Virus record (IMG/VR): IMGVR_UViG_3300020416_000007
Origin: an uncultured virus (IMG/VR IMGVR_UViG_3300020416_000007)
Taxonomy: Duplodnaviria; Heunggongvirae; Uroviricota; Caudoviricetes
Direction: 5' to 3' (one strand)
Length of the DNA: 64,000 bases
The notes beneath the pieces were generated by a model. The model had not been told where the DNA came from. It saw only the letters and a program-made list of their open reading frames with translations, and did not search any database. Positions 49,748 to 58,340 of the stretch are shown here, piece by piece. Both the position numbers and the translations under genes were made by a program. Position 1 is the first letter of the stretch. Every line of letters begins with the position of its first letter.

Positions 49748-50112
49748 TGTACGAAGGATATCAAGAAAAATTATTCTCAAATTCATGGGGTGTAAACTCT
49801 GGTTTCGAAACTATTAGAGAACAACTTAATGAGTTGATTCCACTTGAAGGTGCTTGTGAAAATCCAAGATCTACTAACAAGCATCTTGACAAATTTCGTA
49901 GAGCACAGAATGCTGCTTACGATTTATTTAATAATGGCCTATGCAACAAGCGTGGTCTATTTAAGCAACTCTTCGGATTTGCTCCTACCCAGCGAGATGC
50001 TAACTATGCTACTCGTATGCAGTGGTCTCATTGGGAAGATAGAGTCGAAGAAATCTTGACTCCTATCATAAGAGCTGCAGCTTTAGAACAAGGAATAAAG
50101 AATGAGTGTTAA
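49747..50112 (+). CDS. Hypothetical protein
   Basis: TAATG coupling; YDLFNNGLCN motif. Confidence 0.65.
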   Translation: MYEGYQEKLFSNSWGVNSGFETIREQLNELIPLEGACENPRSTNKHLDKFRRAQNAAYDLFNNGLCNKRGLFKQLFGFAPTQRDANYATRMQWSHWEDRVEEILTPIIRAAALEQGIKNEC

Positions 50113-50431
50113 TGAACGTGAATCGGTAAACGTCTTACAAGAGTGTATCGAATTACAAATTAAAAAAGGTCAAGACTATCAAAGTGATGAGTCTAGCGTG
50201 CTTCAAGCTATGCACTATCGTCGTGGTGTAGACACTATCCACGATATTATGGTAGGCAAAATGATGCGTGCTACATCGTTACTTGAGTCTGGCAATAATC
50301 CTAATCACGAATCTCTTGAAGATACATATAAAGACTTAATTAATTATGCATCATTTGCTGTGTCTTATATGCGTGGTACTATGGATGGTCAATCACCTGA
50401 TCGTGATATGTTCAACAGGAAAAAGAAATGA
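50102..50431 (+). CDS. DUF1599/nucleotide-modification-associated helical (MazG-like) protein
   Basis: L..C..LQ.KKG.DY...ESLEDT..DLINY pattern. Confidence 0.65.
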   Translation: MSVNERESVNVLQECIELQIKKGQDYQSDESSVLQAMHYRRGVDTIHDIMVGKMMRATSLLESGNNPNHESLEDTYKDLINYASFAVSYMRGTMDGQSPDRDMFNRKKK

Positions 50432-50844
50432 AAACTGGTTTAACAGCATCTACGTTTGACTTACTGCATGCAGGTCATGTTGCTATGTTAAGAGAAGCTA
50501 AATCTCAATGCGACTATCTTATCTGTGCTTTACAGATAGATCCAAGTGCAGATCGTCCTGAAAAGAATGCACCTATACAAACTATTGTAGAACGATACAC
50601 ACAGCTAGCTGCTGTAAAGTATGTAGATGAAATTGTGGTGTATGCTTCTGAAAGCGATCTAAACGATATACTTACTATGTATCCTATTGATGTACGTATT
50701 CTTGGTGATGAGTACAAAGATAAAGATTTTACAGGTAAAGATGAATGTCGTAAACTTGGTATTGAATTATATTTCAATAGCCGCAATCATCGATTTTCAT
50801 CAAGTGGACTAAGGGAGAGAGTCTGTGCGAATGCAAACAGTTAA
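50428..50844 (+). CDS. TagD-like (glycerol-3-phosphate) cytidylyltransferase
   Basis: TFDLLHAGH, ER...L.AVKYVDE, H.FSSS.LR. Confidence 0.85.
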   Translation: MKTGLTASTFDLLHAGHVAMLREAKSQCDYLICALQIDPSADRPEKNAPIQTIVERYTQLAAVKYVDEIVVYASESDLNDILTMYPIDVRILGDEYKDKDFTGKDECRKLGIELYFNSRNHRFSSSGLRERVCANANS

Positions 50845-51511
50845 AGATATACGTGAATTTTTTATTGGTGAGTTAAATGACGAAGCCTTTACTATCGATA
50901 AAACTGGACAAAAAACAATTGAATTGATTGGTGCTTCTTTCATAGCGACTGAACCATCTATCTTTGGTGTACCTAATGAAGAATACATTGAACGAGAATT
51001 AGAATGGTATGCTTCTGAATCTACAAACATATATGACATATATGGTATTAAGCATTTGAAAGAACCACCTGCGGCTTGGCAGTATGCTGGTGATGAGCAT
51101 GGCAACATCAACTCTAATTATGGTCATTTAATTTATTCAGAAAAGTATTATTCTCAGTTCACACAAGTAGTTGATGAACTATTTAAAAATCCAAATTCAC
51201 GTCGTGCTACTATGATTTACACACGTCCTAGTATGTGGATAGAATATAATGAAGGTGGTAAGAACGATTTTATTTGTACAAATGCAGTGTCATATTATAT
51301 ACGTGAAGATATGATACATGCTGTGGTGCAGATGCGTTCTAATGATGTAGTGTTTGGTTATAAGAATGATTACGCATGGCAAATGCATGTTCTTAAAGAA
51401 CTGTGTAAAGAGCTAAGTGATTTAAATTATGATGAATTGCATCCTGGCACAATACAGTGGCAAGTACAAAACTTGCACGTTTATGAAAGGCATTTTGATC
51501 TTGTCAAATAA
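50825..51511 (+). CDS. gp42: dCMP hydroxymethylase (T4 gp42-type thymidylate synthase homolog)
   Basis: NSNYG, SRRA.MIY.RPSM, DFICT, QMRSNDVVFGYKNDYAWQ (Asp at the dCMP-specificity position, as in T4 gp42), LHVYERHF. Confidence 0.88.
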   Translation: MRMQTVKDIREFFIGELNDEAFTIDKTGQKTIELIGASFIATEPSIFGVPNEEYIERELEWYASESTNIYDIYGIKHLKEPPAAWQYAGDEHGNINSNYGHLIYSEKYYSQFTQVVDELFKNPNSRRATMIYTRPSMWIEYNEGGKNDFICTNAVSYYIREDMIHAVVQMRSNDVVFGYKNDYAWQMHVLKELCKELSDLNYDELHPGTIQWQVQNLHVYERHFDLVK

Positions 51512-51944
51512 ATGGGATATAAGATACCTCAGGCTTGCTGAGGAAGTCGGTACTTGGTCCAAAGATCCCTCCTCCCAAATTGGCGCAGTAGCCATAGGAT
51601 CTAAGGGCCAAGTATTGGCACAAGGATATAATGGATTTCCTCGAGGAATAATGGACAGCACGATGAGGTTAGCTGATCGTGCAGAAAAATATAAGTACAT
51701 AGTTCACGCTGAACAGAACCTTATATACAATGCTACGTTCAATGGTGTTAACTTAGATGGCTCTACGATATATGTTACAGGTTTGCCAACGTGTTCCGAA
51801 TGCGCTAAAGGCGTCATTCAAGTTGGAATCAAACGAGTTGTAATGCCTGTTCAAGATGTAAAAGAACAGTGGATTGAATCGTGGTCTCTTACAAAAAAAA
51901 TGTTTAAAGAAGCAGGTGTTGAATATGAGTTCGTTAAAATGTAA
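51501..51944 (+). CDS. cd: dCMP deaminase
   Basis: SKDPS..IGA, GYNGFPRG, HAEQN, PTCSEC; exact start uncertain. Confidence 0.9.
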   Translation: MSNKWDIRYLRLAEEVGTWSKDPSSQIGAVAIGSKGQVLAQGYNGFPRGIMDSTMRLADRAEKYKYIVHAEQNLIYNATFNGVNLDGSTIYVTGLPTCSECAKGVIQVGIKRVVMPVQDVKEQWIESWSLTKKMFKEAGVEYEFVKM

Positions 51945-52308
51945 TACAATTTTTGTAGGCATGAATCCATCTAAAGTTCCAGTAAGCAGGTCTAAAGGAT
52001 CTGCTTATAAACGTTTTCATGACTGGTTAGATTATTTAGAATTGAAACATGTATCATTCACTAACCTATCGCCTGATCCTGATTGGGATTTTAAATTTAA
52101 ATCATTTGATCACAATTTATTGTTTACAAGTCTGCAAAATTATGATAGAATAATAGTATGGGGATCATTAGTATCTAATTATCTAAGAAGGTTAGGTTTC
52201 ACAGAACACTTTGTTTTACCACATCCTTCACCTAGAAATAGAAAACTTAATGATCATAAATACGTACATAATGTGTTAAATGAGTGTAAGGAATATTTAA
52301 ATGACTAA
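51925..52308 (+). CDS. Minimal uracil-DNA glycosylase superfamily protein (SMUG1-like motifs)
   Basis: FVGMNPS and LPHPSPRN motifs. Confidence 0.7.
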   Translation: MSSLKCNTIFVGMNPSKVPVSRSKGSAYKRFHDWLDYLELKHVSFTNLSPDPDWDFKFKSFDHNLLFTSLQNYDRIIVWGSLVSNYLRRLGFTEHFVLPHPSPRNRKLNDHKYVHNVLNECKEYLND

Positions 52309-53548
52309 GATTGCTATCGTACTAGGGAGAGGTACTGAAGGCTGTGGTGTAACGCAATGTGCTATTCAAATGCAAAAGGTTACAGACGCACATATCTTTA
52401 CTACAACTGATAAGAAATGGGGTAGAGCTAAAGGACTTGATATCGTACAAAACGAATTCTCAATGGCAAAGGAATGGGAACTCATAGCTGATGCTATTAA
52501 CTTGTCTTTTGATTTGTGTATCATATATTCTATTCCTTCGAAAGGACATCCTCAAGAATGTCAAGATAATTTTATTCCATTCCTTAAACACATTAAAACT
52601 CGTAAAGCTTTTATTAACGTAGACCATAAAGCTGCTTCTATTGCACGTAACGCAAATCTTAAAGAAGTCTGTGAAAACGTAGATGTTATTATGACTCATA
52701 GTATGGAGAATGATTTCTGTAAGTTTATAAGAAAAAATAAAATAGAAACTCCACTTACAAAGATGGGGCTAGGCTTTGATTATGATGGACACCGTGAAAA
52801 GTATTGGCGTCCTATTGAAGAACAGCAACACAACATGGTAAGATGGATTGGCCGTACTGCTATGTGGAAAGGACCAAGCGTTATGATTGACTTCCATCAA
52901 GACGCTTTGATGACGTATGGATTCATCACAGTCCTTGAAGGATTAGAAGCTTCTATTCAATATCCTCTAGTCTTATATAGAGATAATAAATCAGATAATC
53001 CTACAGATCGTAGAATTGTAGAAAATCATTTCAGGCCTGAGAAACATTACAATGATGTAAAGTTTACACCTGATCTGTATGGCAAAGAAGTTAAAGATAA
53101 AGGTGCATATCTTTATCCTCAATATATAAACTCAGAAGCTATGGACCGTTTATCACGATCAGCGTTTGGTTCTGATTTATATTTTTTGAAAGCAGAACAC
53201 TATGGCAATAATATAGAAAATTGTCATGCAGAATGTATAGCATCTGGTACAGTTCCACTATTTCACAAACACTTTTGTGATAACGTGATTCATCCTGTAC
53301 AAGGTAAACCAATTAGTCAATGTCAAAATTCTGGTACTCTTGGCGTTGATTACACTAACTTTAATGAGTGCCGCGACCAAATGGTCAAACTTAAAAATGA
53401 TCCTGCGATGAGAGATGATTGGAGAGAGATGGCTTTTGAATTTTGGAAACAACACTCCGACGGAGAAATGGTTGTGAAAGAAATAATTGATCTCGCTTTG
53501 AACACTACTAGCAACCAACCACAAGGACTCGAGGAATTTTTCACATGA
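52301..53548 (+). CDS. agt: DNA glycosyltransferase, T4 alpha-glucosyltransferase homolog
   Basis: IAIVLGRGTEGCGVT, DH...SIARNA.L.E....DVI..HS...DF, RWIGR...WKG, E.IA.GT.P.F follow the T4 Agt pattern. Confidence 0.85.
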   Translation: MTKIAIVLGRGTEGCGVTQCAIQMQKVTDAHIFTTTDKKWGRAKGLDIVQNEFSMAKEWELIADAINLSFDLCIIYSIPSKGHPQECQDNFIPFLKHIKTRKAFINVDHKAASIARNANLKEVCENVDVIMTHSMENDFCKFIRKNKIETPLTKMGLGFDYDGHREKYWRPIEEQQHNMVRWIGRTAMWKGPSVMIDFHQDALMTYGFITVLEGLEASIQYPLVLYRDNKSDNPTDRRIVENHFRPEKHYNDVKFTPDLYGKEVKDKGAYLYPQYINSEAMDRLSRSAFGSDLYFLKAEHYGNNIENCHAECIASGTVPLFHKHFCDNVIHPVQGKPISQCQNSGTLGVDYTNFNECRDQMVKLKNDPAMRDDWREMAFEFWKQHSDGEMVVKEIIDLALNTTSNQPQGLEEFFT

Positions 53549-54498
53549 AAATATTAATCACTGGTATAGCCGGAATGATCGGCTTTCATTCAGCCAAGTA
53601 CTTTAGGTCACAAGACTTCGAAGTAGTTGGTGTAGATAACTTCAACGACTATTACGATCCAAAACTAAAAGAAGATCGTGCTAGTATATTAGAGAAAGAA
53701 TATGGCGTTTCTATATTACGCCATGATATTCAACACTTTACTCATCTACTTGACAATCCAATATTAAAGGATGTAGATGTCGTATTGCACTTAGCAGCAT
53801 ATGCTAATCCACGTCATTCGTTTGAGGAACCTCAACATTATATTGACACTAACATTACAGGTACACAGCGTATCATTGAAACATTAGAACAACGAAATAT
53901 TCCTTGTGTCTATGCTTCAAGCTCATGTGTAATGCATGGACAACCACTTCCATGGAATGAGCATGATAGACCAGCTCATCAAAATAATCCTTATGGCTGG
54001 TCAAAGCGTTCGAATGAATGCCAGTTTATGCATTCAAAATTACCACGTAGCGCTGGTTTACGATTCTTTACTGTGTATGGTCCTTATGGTCGACCAGACA
54101 TGGCACTATTTAAATTTACAGATAATATCGTAAAACGCAGACCGATAGATTTATACAACTTTGGTGATATGAAACGTGACTTTACATACGTAGATGATAT
54201 TGTACAAGGTATTGGTATTGTAGTTGAAAAAGTATTTAATGACGAAGAGCGATATCATGAAATCTATAACATAGGTTATGGTGATCAGGTCGAGTTAATT
54301 GATTTTGTTGAAGAGATTGAAAAGAACTTAGATCGTAAAGCATTGCGAAATTTAGTCCCTAAGCACCCCGCTGACACCCCTGAGACGTGGTCTGACACCA
54401 CTAAGTTGCAGGCGTTAGGTTATAAACCCACAACACCTGTGACAGAAGGTATTCGCGAGTTTGTTTCTTGGTACAAATCTTATTATGGAGTTAACTAA
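53545..54498 (+). CDS. UDP-glucuronate 4-epimerase-like SDR
   Basis: ITGIAGMIG, DNFNDYYD..LK, YGWSK, LRFFTVYGPYGRPDMA.FKF, G.MKRDFTYVDDIV. Confidence 0.88.
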   Translation: MKILITGIAGMIGFHSAKYFRSQDFEVVGVDNFNDYYDPKLKEDRASILEKEYGVSILRHDIQHFTHLLDNPILKDVDVVLHLAAYANPRHSFEEPQHYIDTNITGTQRIIETLEQRNIPCVYASSSCVMHGQPLPWNEHDRPAHQNNPYGWSKRSNECQFMHSKLPRSAGLRFFTVYGPYGRPDMALFKFTDNIVKRRPIDLYNFGDMKRDFTYVDDIVQGIGIVVEKVFNDEERYHEIYNIGYGDQVELIDFVEEIEKNLDRKALRNLVPKHPADTPETWSDTTKLQALGYKPTTPVTEGIREFVSWYKSYYGVN

Positions 54499-55313
54499 TG
54501 AAGCTTGGTATTATAGGCCACGGGTTTGTTGGCAAAGCAGTTGATTATGGTTTTCATAGTTGTGATAAGATTATTATTGATCCTCTATATGGAAATGATA
54601 TTGAAGAACTGGAGAATGAGCGTTTAGATGTTACGTTTGTTTGTGTACCTACACCTATGGGTGAAGACGGTTCAATCGATTCTTCTATTGTAGAAAAGAC
54701 TGTACGATTTTGTAAAAGAAAAGTTTCAGGCTTGATTGTAGTTAAGTCTACAGTTACACCAGACATTGTAGAAAAATTACAAGGTGGAATGGCAGGCGAT
54801 AGAGTCATTTACAATCCTGAATTTCTCACAGAAAAGAATGCTCAAGAAGATTTTATTAATCCTCAAATGCATATCTTTGGTGGAGTTAAGGAGAAAACTA
54901 GAAAGCTAAGTTGGATATATAAAGAGTATAGTCTTTGTAAACCTTGTCCAGTATATCACATGTCTGGACCAGATGCTAGCTTTGTTAAGTACGGAATCAA
55001 TTGTTTCTTAGCTTCTAAAGTTTTATGGTTTAATCAATTTTACGATGTAGTAAAAGACTTTGGAGGAAACTTTGGTCATGTCATTAATGCAATTGGAACT
55101 GATAGCCGAATCGGCCAATCTCATACTCGTGTTCCTGGCTTTGACGGTAAGCGTGGTTACGGCGGTGCTTGTTTTCCAAAAGATACAACTGCCTTTGCAA
55201 GTTTTGCTCAATCGTTTTCTACACTAGAAAAAGTGATTGAGGAAAATAATAAGTATAGAAAAGACTACGATAAAGATGAACGTGAATTAGCACAGAATGT
55301 AAGTTATGGTTAA
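54498..55313 (+). CDS. UDP-glucose/nucleotide-sugar 6-dehydrogenase (short form lacking the usual C-terminal domain)
   Basis: IIGHGFVG, CVPTP, KSTV.P, NPEFL.E, D.RIG, GYGGACFPKD. Confidence 0.87.
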   Translation: MKLGIIGHGFVGKAVDYGFHSCDKIIIDPLYGNDIEELENERLDVTFVCVPTPMGEDGSIDSSIVEKTVRFCKRKVSGLIVVKSTVTPDIVEKLQGGMAGDRVIYNPEFLTEKNAQEDFINPQMHIFGGVKEKTRKLSWIYKEYSLCKPCPVYHMSGPDASFVKYGINCFLASKVLWFNQFYDVVKDFGGNFGHVINAIGTDSRIGQSHTRVPGFDGKRGYGGACFPKDTTAFASFAQSFSTLEKVIEENNKYRKDYDKDERELAQNVSYG

Positions 55314-56496
55314 GTATGCAAGTATAGTTCCACTCATTGGTGGCGAAACAATAGCAATGGAAAAGGTATTCGGGTCTAGGCCCGAGTACATCTTATCGTA
55401 TAAGGATTTTCAAGCAAATGATAACCAGCTCCTTAATTATTATAATAATAGTATGCCTTATGTTCTTCTCGATGAAGGCGGTACTGCTCCTGGCAAAGTT
55501 GATATTATCAATACTGTCTGTCCTTGTGCAGGTCTCAGTTCACTTAGTCCTACTAGCGCTAGTGATAGCACTACTAATGATTGGATGGTCAAGTCTGCAG
55601 AGTATGTGCTCGAATCCCTCCAACCAACTGTGTTCTGGGGTGAAAACGCTCCACGGCTCGCTAGTAAAATGGGAGAACCAGTTGTTAACAGATTACGATC
55701 CCTTGCAAAAGATAATGGATATGTCTTCTCAATCTACAAAACAAAATCAATCTTACACGGATTGAGTCAAGTAAGAGATCGTGCATTTTATTTCTTTTGG
55801 AAAGGTAATGAGGTACCTAAGTTCTCATATTATAATAGACCGTATACTAAGATTGAAGATCAGATACGTTCTTCTGCCACTAACACAGAAGATCCTATGT
55901 TTGAACAGGTGAACAATAAAGCTAAGCCTACAGACAATCCTTATTATCAATATGTGTTAGAAGAAATGCATGGTGGAATTACACACCAAGAATTTTTTAA
56001 GAAGATTGAGAAAACAACTAATCCATTGCATTATATTGAAGATCACGGTGGAGACTATCGTGTAGTAAGTAAGTGGATGTCAGATCGTGGTCACCAAAAG
56101 CTTTCAGAGAAATGCATATACATGTATGAAAAGTTAAAGGCTGGTAAAAATATTATGAGAAAAATGACAGAGATAGGTAAAGACCATATTGGCGCTTTCG
56201 TAGGTCATTTCCCTCATAGCCTAGTGCATCCTGATCAAGACAGGTATATCAATACACGTGAAGCTTTAGATATTATGAAGATGCCAAAAGACTTTGAATT
56301 ACAAGGTGGCTTAAAAAATCTTAACATGATTTGTCAAAACGTGCCTGTCACTACAGCTACAGATATGGCAGAAAATGTAAAAGACTTCTTAGGTGGAACA
56401 GCTGATACTATTAAATCAGAATATGTAGTACAGGATAATAAAACTAAAACTATATTCTCTAGAAAAAAACCTGGTACACTTGAAGCATTTTTTTAG
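55306..56496 (+). CDS. Atypical DNA cytosine-C5 methyltransferase-fold protein
   Basis: PCAGLS (motif IV), GENAP (VI), Q.RDR.F (VIII), R.I..RE...M..P.DF (IX), QNVP (X); motif I degenerate (VPLIGG). Confidence 0.72.
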   Translation: MVKYASIVPLIGGETIAMEKVFGSRPEYILSYKDFQANDNQLLNYYNNSMPYVLLDEGGTAPGKVDIINTVCPCAGLSSLSPTSASDSTTNDWMVKSAEYVLESLQPTVFWGENAPRLASKMGEPVVNRLRSLAKDNGYVFSIYKTKSILHGLSQVRDRAFYFFWKGNEVPKFSYYNRPYTKIEDQIRSSATNTEDPMFEQVNNKAKPTDNPYYQYVLEEMHGGITHQEFFKKIEKTTNPLHYIEDHGGDYRVVSKWMSDRGHQKLSEKCIYMYEKLKAGKNIMRKMTEIGKDHIGAFVGHFPHSLVHPDQDRYINTREALDIMKMPKDFELQGGLKNLNMICQNVPVTTATDMAENVKDFLGGTADTIKSEYVVQDNKTKTIFSRKKPGTLEAFF

Positions 56497-56525
56497 TTTA
56501 CATTCAGACAAAAATGTGGTAGAAT
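56497..56525 (+). promoter_or_regulatory. Sigma70-like promoter before uvsX
   Basis: TTTACA-17nt-TAGAAT. Confidence 0.8.
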
Positions 56526-56549
56526 TAATTCATAACATAGGAGATGTTT

Positions 56550-57608
56550 ATGAGTATTATGGATAAACTCAAAAAGAATAGTAAGTTAAAACATACTGAA
56601 GTTCTTTCTGAGTCTAAATTTTTTAACGAAAAAGATATGGTAAAGACACAAGTGCCTATGGTCAATGTAGCTTTATCTGGTTCCGTGGATGGCGGACTTA
56701 CACCTGGACTTACAGTTTTAGCAGGTCCATCCAAACATTTTAAAACTTCATTTGCATTGCTTATGGCTGCAGCATATATGGAAAAATATCCTGAAGCTGT
56801 CATGCTATTTTATGATTCAGAGTTTGGTTCACCGCAAGCATACTTCAATCAATTTGAAATTGATACTTCTCGTGTATTGCATACACCTATTACAAATGTA
56901 GAAGAATTAAAATTTGATTTGATTGGACAATTGGAAGAACTTGATCGCGATGATAAAGTTATTGTAGTTATTGATTCAATCGGTAACTTAGCATCTAAGA
57001 AAGAAATGGAAGATGCTCTTAACGAAAAGTCTGTTGCTGACATGTCACGCGCTAAAGCACTTAAAGGTTTGTTCCGTATGTCGACACCTTACTTAGCTAT
57101 GAAAAATATTCCATTGCTTGCTGTCAATCATACATATAAAGAAATTGGATTGTTTCCAAGAGATATCGTTGGTGGTGGTACTGGTATCTACTATTCAGCA
57201 GATGCAATCTGGATTCTTGGTCGTAGACAAAACAAAAAAGGCACTGAGGTTACTGGTTATGATTTTGTAATTAATATTGAAAAATCTAGGTTTGTAAAAG
57301 AAAAATCTAAAATACCAATTACAGTTAATTGGGAAGGTGGTGTTGCACAATACTCAGGTTTACTTGATGTAGCACTAGCTGGTGGATATGTACATAAACC
57401 AAGTAACGGATGGTATGAACCGCTACATCCTGTAACCGGTGAAGTGTTAGGTCGTAAAGTAAGACAAGGAGAAACTGAAGGTGCTTTCTTCTGGCTTGAC
57501 ATATTTGAAAAGACAGACTTCAAAGAATTTATTAAAAAGCAATTTACCATTGGTTATAAATCAGAAGTATCAATGGATAGGATTGTAGATGAAACACCAG
57601 GAGAATAA
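56550..57608 (+). CDS. uvsX: RecA-like recombinase UvsX
   Basis: AGPSKHFKT, FYDSEFG, IDSIGNLASKKE, ADMSRAK. Confidence 0.96.
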   Translation: MSIMDKLKKNSKLKHTEVLSESKFFNEKDMVKTQVPMVNVALSGSVDGGLTPGLTVLAGPSKHFKTSFALLMAAAYMEKYPEAVMLFYDSEFGSPQAYFNQFEIDTSRVLHTPITNVEELKFDLIGQLEELDRDDKVIVVIDSIGNLASKKEMEDALNEKSVADMSRAKALKGLFRMSTPYLAMKNIPLLAVNHTYKEIGLFPRDIVGGGTGIYYSADAIWILGRRQNKKGTEVTGYDFVINIEKSRFVKEKSKIPITVNWEGGVAQYSGLLDVALAGGYVHKPSNGWYEPLHPVTGEVLGRKVRQGETEGAFFWLDIFEKTDFKEFIKKQFTIGYKSEVSMDRIVDETPGE

Positions 57609-57924
57609 AACATACGAGTTGATTCCTGATGATGGAGGCGAGTCTTGGCATGTTAGAATTAAAGAAGGCATGTTTTCTGAAGCAGTAATTCAGTTTGGAG
57701 CTATAAAGATTGGTAAACAGTTAGATGACGGTGATCATCAAATTACATTTGATTTTGATCTTATTAGTTCTCCAGATGAAGACTTAAGTGTTGATGATGA
57801 AGAATTACAAACGACTGCTGGAGATATCTTACATGATATTATGGTGCAATCCTTAGAAAAAGATGATGGATCTATGGCAGTCAAAGATGCAGATAAACCT
57901 GATGCTAATTGGGAGATGTTATGA
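57589..57924 (+). CDS. Hypothetical acidic protein (gp40-like position)
   Basis: Between uvsX and gp41 as gp40 is in T4; no decisive motif. Confidence 0.5.
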   Translation: MKHQENKTYELIPDDGGESWHVRIKEGMFSEAVIQFGAIKIGKQLDDGDHQITFDFDLISSPDEDLSVDDEELQTTAGDILHDIMVQSLEKDDGSMAVKDADKPDANWEML

Positions 57925-58340
57925 AAATACTAATAATGGGTTTGCCGGGATCTGGTAAAACTCATCTAGCTAAAAGATTACACGTGCATTTAAACTGCGC
58001 GTGGTATAACGCAGATAAAGTAAGAGAAATGGCTAATGATTGGGACTTTACTCCATCAGGCCGTAGACGTCAAAGCGAACGTATGAATTCAATTGCTACG
58101 TTTGAAGCGACAAGAGCTCGTACTGTTATCTGCGATTTTGTTTGTCCTACAGGAGAAACACGTAAACAATTCGATGCTGACATTACAATATGGATGGACA
58201 CTATACAAGCTGGTAGATATGATGATACAAATCAAATATTCGAAGAACCAACTGATATGGATTTCAGACTTGCATCTTTTATGTCAGATCCTGATATTGT
58301 TAGCTTTGCAAATTTATTAAAGGAAAAATATAATGTTTAA
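57921..58340 (+). CDS. Adenylylsulfate-kinase-like P-loop kinase
   Basis: MGLPGSGKT, NAD.VR...DWDF...GR, DFVCP, FEEP. Confidence 0.7.
   Translation: MKILIMGLPGSGKTHLAKRLHVHLNCAWYNADKVREMANDWDFTPSGRRRQSERMNSIATFEATRARTVICDFVCPTGETRKQFDADITIWMDTIQAGRYDDTNQIFEEPTDMDFRLASFMSDPDIVSFANLLKEKYNV

Noticed and set aside
50825..51511. Calling this gene ordinary thymidylate synthase ThyA
   Set aside because: RSND..FG..ND..WQ has Asp where ThyA has Asn, matches T4 gp42, and a ThyX is present separately.
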